From positions 625 to 64,624 of the IMG/VR virus record IMGVR_UViG_3300032282_002415: 64,000 nt of DNA; one strand, given 5' to 3'. The notes below the pieces were generated by a model. It did not search any database. It was not told the origin of the DNA and worked only from the letters and a program-made list of their open reading frames with translations. Source of the DNA: a virus. Taxonomy: Duplodnaviria; Caudoviricetes. A program made the position numbers and the translations under genes. Shown in pieces: positions 54,696 through 63,544 of the stretch (position 1 is the stretch's first letter; each line of letters starts with the position of its first letter).

Positions 54696-55686
54696 TAAGT
54701 GCCTCCTCAATCATTTCATCTACAACGGTCTTAGGCACTTGAAGGATAAAAGCTGCGTTGTCTTGGAAACCAAATGATATTAATAGGTCGCCCTCGTACT
54801 CAGCGGCCCCTGCGCAGAATTCAATCTGCCCATCTAAGAACGCCCAGTTAGTTGGGGATATTCCTACCAACACAAACTTGTCATCCCACACGCATAGACG
54901 GTGGCGGTAAGTGCCGTTCTTCTGTTTCATATAGTTTTTAAATAGAACTACTTCGTGGGTAATAGCAATGTAGTACTCTCCCCACTTAATTAACTGGGAG
55001 CCACCACGCTGGTCAGCGTTAACTACTTTTCCTGGGGTTACTTGAACTTGTTCACACTTAGGCTCAGTAGGGTCAGCCTTTACTAATTCAGTTGGAGAAG
55101 TCCATTTAATGTAATGAAATGGCTTATCAAGAACTGGCATCCAGTTCTTCTCACAGTAAGAGGACTCATCTATTGGGGCTGGAATACGGATACGAGAGAC
55201 TTCTTTAGCTGTCCAAGCTTTCTTGTCAATCTCAAGTTCTGAAAGCTCCATACGGCCTTGACCGTTGGTAGTGGTATCTCTACGCACACCAGTGCCGTAG
55301 TACTTACCGTCCCACTTAACTAGCCGAGCATCTTCTTCGCCTACAAATGTCCAGATAGGCTTTACATCTAACTTGGTAGTATCAATTAAAGTGTGGTTAA
55401 CAATGTTTAAGTCTTTATCTAAACGGCATAGATAATTGGCGGTTACTAACCGCTGGTCTTCCTCTGGATGTAGGTAGGATAACGGGCCCCAAATACTAGG
55501 GAATCGTTGGTCATTCTCAGAGTGGTAGAGCGTGTAGTTAATATGGCGCAAAATACATAACAAGTCACCATCATCATCTATAAAGATAGAGGGGTTCATT
55601 AACCCAGTTCCACCAGTATCAGCAGCTGGAATAATGAGCGGCTTTAATTTTCCACCGTTTTGTACCGATTTTTGTACCAAGTTCAT
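54688..55686 (-). CDS. five-bladed beta-propeller glycosidase/phosphorylase-like protein (GH130-like)
   Basis: NPSIF, EDARL, EKNW.P, RGGS and IEFC.G. Confidence 0.75.
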   Translation of the reverse strand: MNLVQKSVQNGGKLKPLIIPAADTGGTGLMNPSIFIDDDGDLLCILRHINYTLYHSENDQRFPSIWGPLSYLHPEEDQRLVTANYLCRLDKDLNIVNHTLIDTTKLDVKPIWTFVGEEDARLVKWDGKYYGTGVRRDTTTNGQGRMELSELEIDKKAWTAKEVSRIRIPAPIDESSYCEKNWMPVLDKPFHYIKWTSPTELVKADPTEPKCEQVQVTPGKVVNADQRGGSQLIKWGEYYIAITHEVVLFKNYMKQKNGTYRHRLCVWDDKFVLVGISPTNWAFLDGQIEFCAGAAEYEGDLLISFGFQDNAAFILQVPKTVVDEMIEEALNV

Positions 55687-55693
55687 GCGGTTA

Positions 55694-56497
55694 CTATACC
55701 AGTTCAGAAGAGACTATTTCCAAAAAAGAAAACACAGGGGCCCAATTTAATCTCTTTAAATTGTCTATTGTAGGATAAATAGTCTTATCTTCTACGTTTC
55801 CAAACACATGGTTAATACTGACCCCGTTCTTTTTATACTCTGCAATGACTTCAAGGACTGAGTGTTGCGTATTAGAAAATACATCAGTCAAGAGCGGGGA
55901 TTTAGAGGTTAGCGCGTATTCCAGTGCGCAGAGATTAGCGGCAGCTATATCTAAAACATGTATGTAGTCGCGTGTAGTTTTTGGGCTATTAACCGTAAAA
56001 GTTTGATTTTTACTATAGGCAGCGTTTAAAATAGCAAAGATGTTTTGACCAGTCTCGTCTACTATTCCCTCCGCTTTGCCTCCCACATTAAAATACCTAA
56101 GCACAACGGAGGACGCTACCTTTGAAATAATGCGTTCTTCTATTAGTTTACTTTTAGCGTAGGGGTTAGTTGGTTCGTATATTGACGCAGAAGAGGCAAA
56201 CACAACTGGTAAGTTAAAGAGTTTACATAGAATAGCCACAGAGACCGTAGACGCAACGTTATTCCAGTAGTAGGCCCAGGGGCGTTTTTTAGACTCACTG
56301 ATGCTCTTTTTAGCTGATAGGTGGATAATTCCTACAGGCTTTAAAGCATATATAAGGGCCCCAAGTTTAAAGATGTTCTCCGTAGATATGCCTGTTTTTT
56401 TATCGGTAAGGATAGGCAGGTAACCCTGTTCTTCTAATACTCTTGCCGTGGCTTTACCGATGTACCCTAGGCCTCCAGTAACAAGAACGGGTTTCAT
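55694..56497 (-). CDS. NAD-dependent epimerase, GalE-like
   Basis: VTGGLGYIG, YAKSK, LRYFN and RDYIHV.D. Confidence 0.88.
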   Translation of the reverse strand: MKPVLVTGGLGYIGKATARVLEEQGYLPILTDKKTGISTENIFKLGALIYALKPVGIIHLSAKKSISESKKRPWAYYWNNVASTVSVAILCKLFNLPVVFASSASIYEPTNPYAKSKLIEERIISKVASSVVLRYFNVGGKAEGIVDETGQNIFAILNAAYSKNQTFTVNSPKTTRDYIHVLDIAAANLCALEYALTSKSPLLTDVFSNTQHSVLEVIAEYKKNGVSINHVFGNVEDKTIYPTIDNLKRLNWAPVFSFLEIVSSELV

Positions 56498-56515
56498 AAG
56501 GTGTATCATAGAGGC
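56498..56515. promoter_or_regulatory. overlapping bidirectional -10 elements for two leaderless genes
   Basis: TATCAT-N6-ATG(56516) on +, TATGAT-N7-ATG(56497) on -. Confidence 0.55.
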
Positions 56516-56659
56516 ATGAGCCCAAGATATTTTGCTAAAGCCCATGAAAACAGATGGTACAAAACGGCTCATTATGTAGAGACTGAAGAAGCAAAATTAG
56601 AACAAAAAGTTGAATCAACTGTGGCTTATCTTTGGAGGATGCTTTGGCGGAAGAGATAA
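56516..56659 (+). CDS. small hypothetical protein (47 aa, not in the ORF track)
   Basis: MSPRYFAKAH...WRMLWRKR*. Confidence 0.5.
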   Translation: MSPRYFAKAHENRWYKTAHYVETEEAKLEQKVESTVAYLWRMLWRKR

Positions 56660-57102
56660 ACCTACTTGCCATTTTAAACTCTAAATCTTGTGACGGCTGT
56701 ACTAAATGTTGCGAGGGTTACCTAACCGCTAATATTAAGGGTCACAATATGGGCTCAGGAAACCCGTGCCCGTTTGTTATTAAAGATGTTGGTTGCGGTG
56801 AATACGCTACTCGCCCACAGAACCCGTGTGTATCTTTTGAGTGTGAATGGCGACGGAACCCTTATTTTGAAGAATGGCTGAGCCCAAATAACTCTAATGT
56901 AATTTTTACACGACAAGTTAAAGGGGCGTTTGAATACCTACAGATAGCTGAAGCTGGTAAGCCTTTAGAGCAAAAAATTATTAATTGGGCAATTAGCTAC
57001 GCTGAAAAAAATAAATTAAATTTAATTTGGGCTGTAAACGGTATAAGACACGCGGTAGGCGCAATTGAGTTTGTAGAGACAATGCGCAATGAGGCCCCTT
57101 AG
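56632..57102 (+). CDS. YkgJ-like Cys-cluster (CxxCxxCC) protein; start may be TTG near 56644
   Basis: CDGCTKCC...CPF...C..Y..RP..C..F.C. Confidence 0.75.
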   Translation: MEDALAEEINLLAILNSKSCDGCTKCCEGYLTANIKGHNMGSGNPCPFVIKDVGCGEYATRPQNPCVSFECEWRRNPYFEEWLSPNNSNVIFTRQVKGAFEYLQIAEAGKPLEQKIINWAISYAEKNKLNLIWAVNGIRHAVGAIEFVETMRNEAP

Positions 57103-57109
57103 TTAGGGT

Positions 57110-57307
57110 TTACGCTACTGGCGGTGAGAACGAACCATTATCGTAAGTATAGCCCTCTGTAATGTTTGCTGCGTTTGGCTCATCAGTAACATCAATAATT
57201 GAGTTTTCTTGGAGGGTTTCCATAAAACCTGGCTCCGTATAAATTGTTTGAAGTACTATGTTGTCTTTTACAACAGCATACTTCTTAACTAAACCCGTAT
57301 CTGACAT
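57110..57307 (-). CDS. small tail-fibre-assembly-like protein
   Basis: YAVVKDN.V...GYTYD.G.F.PP, GGAGG SD. Confidence 0.55.
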   Translation of the reverse strand: MSDTGLVKKYAVVKDNIVLQTIYTEPGFMETLQENSIIDVTDEPNAANITEGYTYDNGSFSPPVA

Positions 57308-57322
57308 GGTGCCTCCAAAAAA

Positions 57323-57928
57323 TTAGATTCTACGTGTCATTGTAGCAAGACTATGTATCACACCTGGGCTAAAGCCTGCTGGCATATCGTTCATCCAGCT
57401 TACCAAAATAAACTTTTCCCCCTCAGTGACTGGTAGAGCCGCATGCAGGTAGGCGTAATTAGCTGGAAATACCACTATACAAGGCTCTTCTGGTTTAACT
57501 TTTATATCAAAGTGCTTAAAGAAGGTCTCTCCCCCAGAGTACTCAGTAGGGTTTAAGTACAACAAAATAGATGTAGTTCTGTACATAGACCAGCTAGAGT
57601 CTGCGTGAAAGTCGTACTTGTTACTAATTCCATAATGAAGCAGGTTAAACCCCTCATCTTGAGTGATAGGGGATTCATACATTGAACCGTAGTGGTTTAT
57701 AGCGGGCGTAGTTTGCTTACGAACTTCGTCATCCCAAAACGGAAGTATCTCTCTGAAAGAAAAACTTCTACTTGTACGAATCTCTTGTTCGGGGTTTTCG
57801 TCATGCCCAACACTGCTTTTACTCCAAGTAGTACTTGGTATTTGCTTTGCCACTTCAACTATGCTTTTTGCTAAATCTTTAGAAAAAGGATATTGGTTTA
57901 CCCCAGTTGCTAATACAGTGTGCTCCAT
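57323..57928 (-). CDS. 2OG-Fe(II) oxygenase, prolyl 4-hydroxylase-like
   Basis: HAD...YLN..Y.GGET.F...FP...Y.H...PV..G.K. Confidence 0.88.
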   Translation of the reverse strand: MEHTVLATGVNQYPFSKDLAKSIVEVAKQIPSTTWSKSSVGHDENPEQEIRTSRSFSFREILPFWDDEVRKQTTPAINHYGSMYESPITQDEGFNLLHYGISNKYDFHADSSWSMYRTTSILLYLNPTEYSGGETFFKHFDIKVKPEEPCIVVFPANYAYLHAALPVTEGEKFILVSWMNDMPAGFSPGVIHSLATMTRRI

Positions 57929-58659
57929 TAGTTGCCTTCTCTCTTAAATACTTTTCTAGTCCAAAGCTTTTTTTGATAATGCTTATTTATAAACATAAGG
58001 TTTTCTTGCGTAGTTTGGTCTAACTGTTCATCTAACTTATTGTACTTAATTTTCCACTCTGACCTTACAAAAGGCACCAATTGCGCAAGTGGGGTTCCCG
58101 CACTAATCTTAATATCTTTGGTAAAATCAACAGGTTTAATAGTAAACAACACGTTTAAAGGGCTATAAAACTTATCAGTGTCGATAATTCCTGGCATAAC
58201 TTCAGTCTTTAGCTCAGGCCTATACGGAGGCTGTATCATCATTAAACTTGTTTTTTTACTGGTTTTCATTTTGTACGGAAGGCCAACTTTTTCAACACCA
58301 AATTTTTGAGCAGACAAGTTGGCATCAGGGTAGTGACCTAATTGCAAGTGAGTGTGAGGGTGAAACAACCCTCTTTCAATCTCCATGTCATCTCTTCCAG
58401 TTTGTCTCATAAACAATTTATTGTTTTCATCTTTTGAAATTGTAACGTCTATAGGCCAAAACACAAGGTAACCTGAAGTCATTACATCGTAAATACCCCT
58501 ACAGCTTTGAGCTGTTAAAAACTTAGAAGGCACCTCTACACTGTTAAGTTTTTTAAACCAATCAGGCAAGTGTTCAGCGGCTGGCGCTGGTTGGTATTCT
58601 ACAAGATGGTGGTCTTTACCCAGTACAACTTGGTTAAAATCAATAGATAAAGTAAACAT
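57928..58659 (-). CDS. conserved hypothetical protein with a dUTPase-like C-terminus
   Basis: LPDWFK, C.G..D.M.SGY, PGIIDTD and AGTPLAQLVP..R. Confidence 0.65.
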   Translation of the reverse strand: MFTLSIDFNQVVLGKDHHLVEYQPAPAAEHLPDWFKKLNSVEVPSKFLTAQSCRGIYDVMTSGYLVFWPIDVTISKDENNKLFMRQTGRDDMEIERGLFHPHTHLQLGHYPDANLSAQKFGVEKVGLPYKMKTSKKTSLMMIQPPYRPELKTEVMPGIIDTDKFYSPLNVLFTIKPVDFTKDIKISAGTPLAQLVPFVRSEWKIKYNKLDEQLDQTTQENLMFINKHYQKKLWTRKVFKREGN

Positions 58660-59390
58660 TATTTATAAACCTTTCTGTTCCAAAAAGTACGCTTGTATCT
58701 ATTTTCAAAATAAATAGAGTGTTCTTGAAGGTTTTTGTGCGAGGCGTCTACAGTAACAGATGAGTACAAGGCTTGCCACTCTTCTCTCTTTATAGGGATA
58801 ACTTGAGCCATAGGAGTTCCCGCAGGAATTATGCCCTCAAAGCCTTTATTTAATAAAAAAGGAAACTGAACAGATAGCTTAAATTGGTCTGTGTCTACAA
58901 TCCCAGGAAGAATTGTAAAAGGCAAGTCATCTCTGTGCATAGGTTGGGTGAATAAAACACTCCATCCTTCAGGAACTTTTATTCTCCAAGGGTTGGACCA
59001 TTTTAAAAGTTGAGGGGATTTATCCTCTGGCAGTTTTAAAGTCTCCGCTTGAGCTTTACTGTGCTCGTTTACCAGCTTATATTCAATAGGCCATTTAAAT
59101 GCGGGTGACCCATCAATGTTTCTAGACACGTAAACATCACAAGGAAACAGTATTAGGTACCCAGCGCTCATGGCATCAAAAACTGGCATACATTTTTTTA
59201 TGGTACCCGAGGTACCTTCGGTATATTCTTTTTTACCATTTACATACGAAGGCATATCTTTGTACCATTGCGGTAATAAAGTTACAGCAGGTATAGGTTT
59301 TGCTACAAAATCTAAACGTTCTTCATCACAAATAAACTCTATTGAGAGTGGGCGCGTACTTTTACGCTTGTGTTTCGTTCCTTTGAACAT
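58659..59390 (-). CDS. conserved hypothetical protein, paralog of 57928-58659
   Basis: LPQWYK, KKCMP..DAM.AGY, PGIVDTD and AGTPMAQVIP..R. Confidence 0.65.
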   Translation of the reverse strand: MFKGTKHKRKSTRPLSIEFICDEERLDFVAKPIPAVTLLPQWYKDMPSYVNGKKEYTEGTSGTIKKCMPVFDAMSAGYLILFPCDVYVSRNIDGSPAFKWPIEYKLVNEHSKAQAETLKLPEDKSPQLLKWSNPWRIKVPEGWSVLFTQPMHRDDLPFTILPGIVDTDQFKLSVQFPFLLNKGFEGIIPAGTPMAQVIPIKREEWQALYSSVTVDASHKNLQEHSIYFENRYKRTFWNRKVYK

Positions 59391-60594
59391 CTTCATACCA
59401 AGGGTAATCCGCATCGTACATCCAATCAATGTAGTCATTTGTAGAGTAAGTGTATAGCTCTGCTCCAAAATTAACAACCTCGGTTATAGAGTTGTGAATC
59501 ATTTTATTTACAGGAGAGTTAATACGCCTTGCTTCATAGTTAATTCCAGCAAAGTTCTCGTAATCAGAAAAGGAACGTTTAGTGTTTTTTAACTTTTTAA
59601 TTGGGTCAAACACCACTTTACAAGCGTCTTTAATTTGGTATTGCTCTGGGCCAAATACATCAGGGAAGTCATATTCTGGGTGTGGCCTATCTTGTCGGTT
59701 TAGTAAAACTTGACCTAAAGCCTCTGAATAAAAATGCATAATGCCTGTAACTCTTGGAACATAAAAATTATACCCTTTCATCCAACCAAGGATAGAATAA
59801 TACTGTTCTTCTTCAAAAAACATAATTTTTCTATTTGCAGGCACATCTGTTACAAAAGAACCAGCTGTAAATATTTGCGCTGGGGAGACCGCAACAGATA
59901 AAGCAAGCGCCTCAAATCGAGTAAATATACGGTCACCGTGGCGTGGAAACCCAAATTCTTCAAAAAATCTTGCGGGCTTTAAACCGTGTCTAAAACAAGG
60001 TATGTTGTTATGACCGCGCCGTTGTCTAAAATAGTCTTCTTTTGATTTAGGGTTGTAGTAAGGATAATGACCTAAAACGTTATCGTATGTGTTTGGGGCA
60101 TATGAACGGGGGTAGCCTGTAATTAAAGGCTTTTCTTCACCCAAACCTTTTAAGATGTTATAGTGATGAATCAGCAAGTCATCCCAATACATATCAAAAC
60201 GCATGTGAGCATCAAGTTGTAAATAAAAATCCTCTTTGTTGTAAAAAGAATTGGCATCGGCTCTTTGATTGCCTAACCCAATATTTTTTACGTTGGCTTC
60301 TTTAACATCTAACTTAACTTGAGGGTTAGAGAGAAGCGGCTCCCACCATTTTTCATCCCCTTTTAAATATACCAAACCTACGCCAAATACAAGTCTGTCT
60401 GGATTTTTTGCGTTTAAAATTGCGCTTTTTATTGTGTTTAAAACTTCAGGGTCTCTGTAACAAGGTATAGCAATAAAAATTGTTTTTGAATCCCGTAAGT
60501 TTTTAGACGTGTCAAAAACAGAGTCATAAAGGTACTCGGTATCAAGCTCTGTTAAAAAATCATTGTGGGCATTACGCATCATTCCATACGCCAT
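59362..60594 (-). CDS. Gnt1-like (GT60, Pfam GlcNAc-type) glycosyltransferase
   Basis: TIFIAIPCYRDPE...TIKS...P.RL.FGV...EDFYLQLDAHMRF..WD...LITGYP...EE....GW..GY..Y.P. Confidence 0.8.
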   Translation of the reverse strand: MAYGMMRNAHNDFLTELDTEYLYDSVFDTSKNLRDSKTIFIAIPCYRDPEVLNTIKSAILNAKNPDRLVFGVGLVYLKGDEKWWEPLLSNPQVKLDVKEANVKNIGLGNQRADANSFYNKEDFYLQLDAHMRFDMYWDDLLIHHYNILKGLGEEKPLITGYPRSYAPNTYDNVLGHYPYYNPKSKEDYFRQRRGHNNIPCFRHGLKPARFFEEFGFPRHGDRIFTRFEALALSVAVSPAQIFTAGSFVTDVPANRKIMFFEEEQYYSILGWMKGYNFYVPRVTGIMHFYSEALGQVLLNRQDRPHPEYDFPDVFGPEQYQIKDACKVVFDPIKKLKNTKRSFSDYENFAGINYEARRINSPVNKMIHNSITEVVNFGAELYTYSTNDYIDWMYDADYPWYEDVQRNETQA

Positions 60595-60603
60595 ATTTTA
60601 CTC

Positions 60604-61269
60604 CTATACTATAAATTCCTTGGTAGTACCCGAAGCGTACCCTGAAACGTCTAAAGTTACATTGCTTGTTCTAGCTTTTTGAGAAACATAAATGATAACC
60701 CCACCACCTGTTACGGTGGTGTAGCCAGTCGCGTAGATTGTGCCATACCCAGTGACTGTACGAGCGCACACTACTACTACGCCACCGCCGTAATTAGTGT
60801 TATTACCAGCGCCACCTCTCAAAAACAAAGGGGTTGTCTGGGAAGCGCTTAGCATGTAACCAGCCACAGCGTTCCTAGCCAAAGAGAAGTACTCCGCAGG
60901 GGAAGGTGCGGTAACCGTGTAGGAAGCGCTAGCGCCACCTAAAGCGTTAGTTACGGCAGCTAACCCACCTGAAGAAAGGCTACCTACAGCAGAAGACCCA
61001 TTTTTTAACCCAATGCTAGTTGTAGATTGGTTGGCTGAGGCAGAAGATAAAGATAAAGAGTTACGAACAAAGACTCTGAAACCTGCGGTGTTTAAATGAA
61101 CGCCATCAGAAATGGTTAAATTGTTGTAGTACATGTCTCTAGTAAGAGTTGTATTAGAAGAGACGGTCACATTGCCATCGGCACCTGAGCCGTAAATCTC
61201 ATCAGGAACGGCGGTAAAGCCCGCTACAGATGTAGAGGCTCCAATAGAAGAAATACCATACTTACCCAT
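60604..61269 (-). CDS. Gly-rich virion protein, short paralog of 61284-63194
   Basis: YGSGADG.VT.S.NTTLTRDM.YNNLTI...L..AG.R.FV shared with the upstream gene. Confidence 0.7.
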   Translation of the reverse strand: MGKYGISSIGASTSVAGFTAVPDEIYGSGADGNVTVSSNTTLTRDMYYNNLTISDGVHLNTAGFRVFVRNSLSLSSASANQSTTSIGLKNGSSAVGSLSSGGLAAVTNALGGASASYTVTAPSPAEYFSLARNAVAGYMLSASQTTPLFLRGGAGNNTNYGGGVVVVCARTVTGYGTIYATGYTTVTGGGVIIYVSQKARTSNVTLDVSGYASGTTKEFIV

Positions 61270-61283
61270 TTTACCTCAGTCCT

Positions 61284-63194
61284 TTACGCTGCAACACTAT
61301 GGTTAATAACTACAACGGTACCTGCCGAAGATGTTCCTGCTTGACCAGAGGCGCCCGCGGATGCACTTGTTGTCACGCTACCAATTCCGCTGGTAGACAT
61401 AACAAAGAGAACGCCGCCTCCGCCAACAAATCCATCAGAGCCAGTTACACCAGTTCCACCAGAAGTTGCTGTTCCCCCAGCCCCTCCCGCGCCACCTGGA
61501 TATAAAACAGAGGCGTTGTAAGTAGCAACCGTTCCAGCTGAGTACGAATAAGTCAAAGCCGTTCCCGCTGTATAGGTATAAGTAGGCGCACTATTAGCGT
61601 TAGTAGTAGAGCCAGAACCAGCAGAATACGTATAAGTAGGTGAGCTGTTAGCGTTAGTAGTAGAGCCTGAACCAGCTACATAGTTATAACCAGCTACTGG
61701 ATAAGTAGGTGAGCTGTTAGGGTTAGTAGTAGAGCCAGAACCAGCTGAGTATGTCCACTTAGGTGAGTTATTAGGATTTGCTGTTGCTCCGCTACCTGGT
61801 GTAATAGTGTAAGTAGGTGAGTTATTAGGATTTGCGGTAGAACCCGAGCCTGGTGTGGAACCTGCTACAGGATAAGCAGCGGAATTATATGCTGCATTAA
61901 AAGTACCAGGGACATATTGTATTTTGCCCGCTGTAAAAGTATATGTAGGAGTGTTGTTAGTTGCGGTGGTTCCAGCAGAATAAGTATATGTAGGGGAGTT
62001 ATAACCTTGGAAAGCGCCTGGGTTGTAACCACCAGTAGCGGTTCCAGCTACATAATTATAGTTTGTAGTAGGCGCATTATTAGGGTTATTAGTTGAACCA
62101 CTACCTGCAGAATATGTATAGGTAGGAGCATTGTTAGGGTTATTAGTAGAGCCAGAACCTGCTGTGTAAGTATAAGTAGGCGCATTGTTAGGGTTAGATG
62201 TAGCGCCAGAACCAGCTACATAGTTATAACCAGCTACTGGATAAGACGGTGAACTGTTTGGATTAGATGTAGCACCTGAACCTGCTGTGTAAGTATAGGT
62301 TGGAGCATTGTTAGGGTTAGATGTAGCGCCAGAGCCCGCTGTGTAAGTATAAGTTGGAGTGTTATTGCTAGCTACTGGAGAAACTGGAGAGTTATATGTA
62401 GCTGCGGTGCTATCTACAAATAGAGAAGGGGCGGGTGAGCCGTAAGTTCCTGCAGTTCCCGCGTTTCCCGCAGAGCCTACAGAACCAGCAGAACCAGCCA
62501 CACCGTTTACTTGAATTTTTCCAGAGCCAACAATTGTCTTAGCAAGAACTACAACAACTCCACCGCCTGGGCCGCCAGCTCCTCCCGCGCCACCCGCGCC
62601 ACCAGTTCCCGCAGTTCCAGGGGTTCCTGTTCCGCCTTTTCCTCCTGGAGAACCTACAGTATTAGCGTTAGGAGTATAGTTACCGACAGCGCCAGCGCTT
62701 CCAGCATTTGCTGTTCCAGCATTTCCTGTTGCACCAGCAGCACCTGCTGAACCACCCGCGCCACCAGCAATAAAACTTGGTGTAGCAGTAGTAGCATCAA
62801 TATAAAGTGTTGAAATTAATTTTGTAATGTCATAATAAAATTCTTTACCAGCCGCTAATTGAGTTGCTGTTTTATCTCCAGAGTTTCCACCCAATGAGTT
62901 AACGGCGTTTGCGCCAACAGCAGAGCCGCCACCAACAGTGCCAATGGCGGTGGTGTTTGTTAAACGTGAAATTGTAGATGTAGCGGATGCAAAAGTAAGC
63001 GTGTCTTTAACAAAGATGCGGTACCCAGCTGGGTCCAAGTTAATTCCAGAGTTAATAGTGAGATTGTTGTACTGCATATCTCTTGTCAAAGTTGTATTGA
63101 CTGAGATAGTTACATCACCATCTGCTCCAGACCCGTATACAAACAACCCGCCTAAGCGGGTGTTTAATACGATAGGCGCGGATGCAACAGGCAT
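61284..63194 (-). CDS. Gly-rich fibre/adhesin-like protein with internal Asn/Pro/Thr/Tyr repeats
   Basis: Polyglycine segments flank ten GSG(A/S)TxN(P/A)N(N/S)(A/S)P units. Confidence 0.75.
   Translation of the reverse strand: MPVASAPIVLNTRLGGLFVYGSGADGDVTISVNTTLTRDMQYNNLTINSGINLDPAGYRIFVKDTLTFASATSTISRLTNTTAIGTVGGGSAVGANAVNSLGGNSGDKTATQLAAGKEFYYDITKLISTLYIDATTATPSFIAGGAGGSAGAAGATGNAGTANAGSAGAVGNYTPNANTVGSPGGKGGTGTPGTAGTGGAGGAGGAGGPGGGVVVVLAKTIVGSGKIQVNGVAGSAGSVGSAGNAGTAGTYGSPAPSLFVDSTAATYNSPVSPVASNNTPTYTYTAGSGATSNPNNAPTYTYTAGSGATSNPNSSPSYPVAGYNYVAGSGATSNPNNAPTYTYTAGSGSTNNPNNAPTYTYSAGSGSTNNPNNAPTTNYNYVAGTATGGYNPGAFQGYNSPTYTYSAGTTATNNTPTYTFTAGKIQYVPGTFNAAYNSAAYPVAGSTPGSGSTANPNNSPTYTITPGSGATANPNNSPKWTYSAGSGSTTNPNSSPTYPVAGYNYVAGSGSTTNANSSPTYTYSAGSGSTTNANSAPTYTYTAGTALTYSYSAGTVATYNASVLYPGGAGGAGGTATSGGTGVTGSDGFVGGGGVLFVMSTSGIGSVTTSASAGASGQAGTSSAGTVVVINHSVAA
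61560..62370 (-). repeat. coding tandem repeats, ~54-bp (18-aa) unit
   Basis: AGSGxTxNPNxxPTYTY(T/S) ten times, with synonymous divergence. Confidence 0.9.
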
Positions 63195-63529
63195 TAGCTA
63201 ATCTCTACTCCCGATATGTGTACGTTGACTGATGTGGTTACTGAAGCAAGGCCAGAAAGGAAAGCTCCAGTAGGCATAATGATAGCAGTATCAATCGTTG
63301 TTGTTGTATTTGCGGGAACGTTAACTTCGCCTAAAATCTTGTTTCCGTTAGCAGCAGTGCCACCGCTTGGTACTAAATACAAAGTAACGCTACGGTCAGT
63401 AGCTGTGTAGTTAGATAAAAGGATAGTCTTTACAGTGGTGGTGGTAGAAGCAGGGACTGTATAAAGAGTCGCCGCAGTAGCAGTTAGCCCAGTTACCGCA
63501 GCTAGTTGCTTAGTTGTATATGTAGCCAT
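63194..63529 (-). CDS. small beta-sandwich virion protein
   Basis: LYTVPA.TTT.VKTI.L.N...HISGVEIS. Confidence 0.7.
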   Translation of the reverse strand: MATYTTKQLAAVTGLTATAATLYTVPASTTTTVKTILLSNYTATDRSVTLYLVPSGGTAANGNKILGEVNVPANTTTTIDTAIIMPTGAFLSGLASVTTSVNVHISGVEIS

Positions 63530-63544
63530 TTGTATCCTTTTCCT

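Noticed and set aside
61560-62370. CRISPR array or DGR template/variable repeats
   Set aside because: The repeats are in-frame coding units with synonymous variation and no unique spacers; no reverse transcriptase is in the window.
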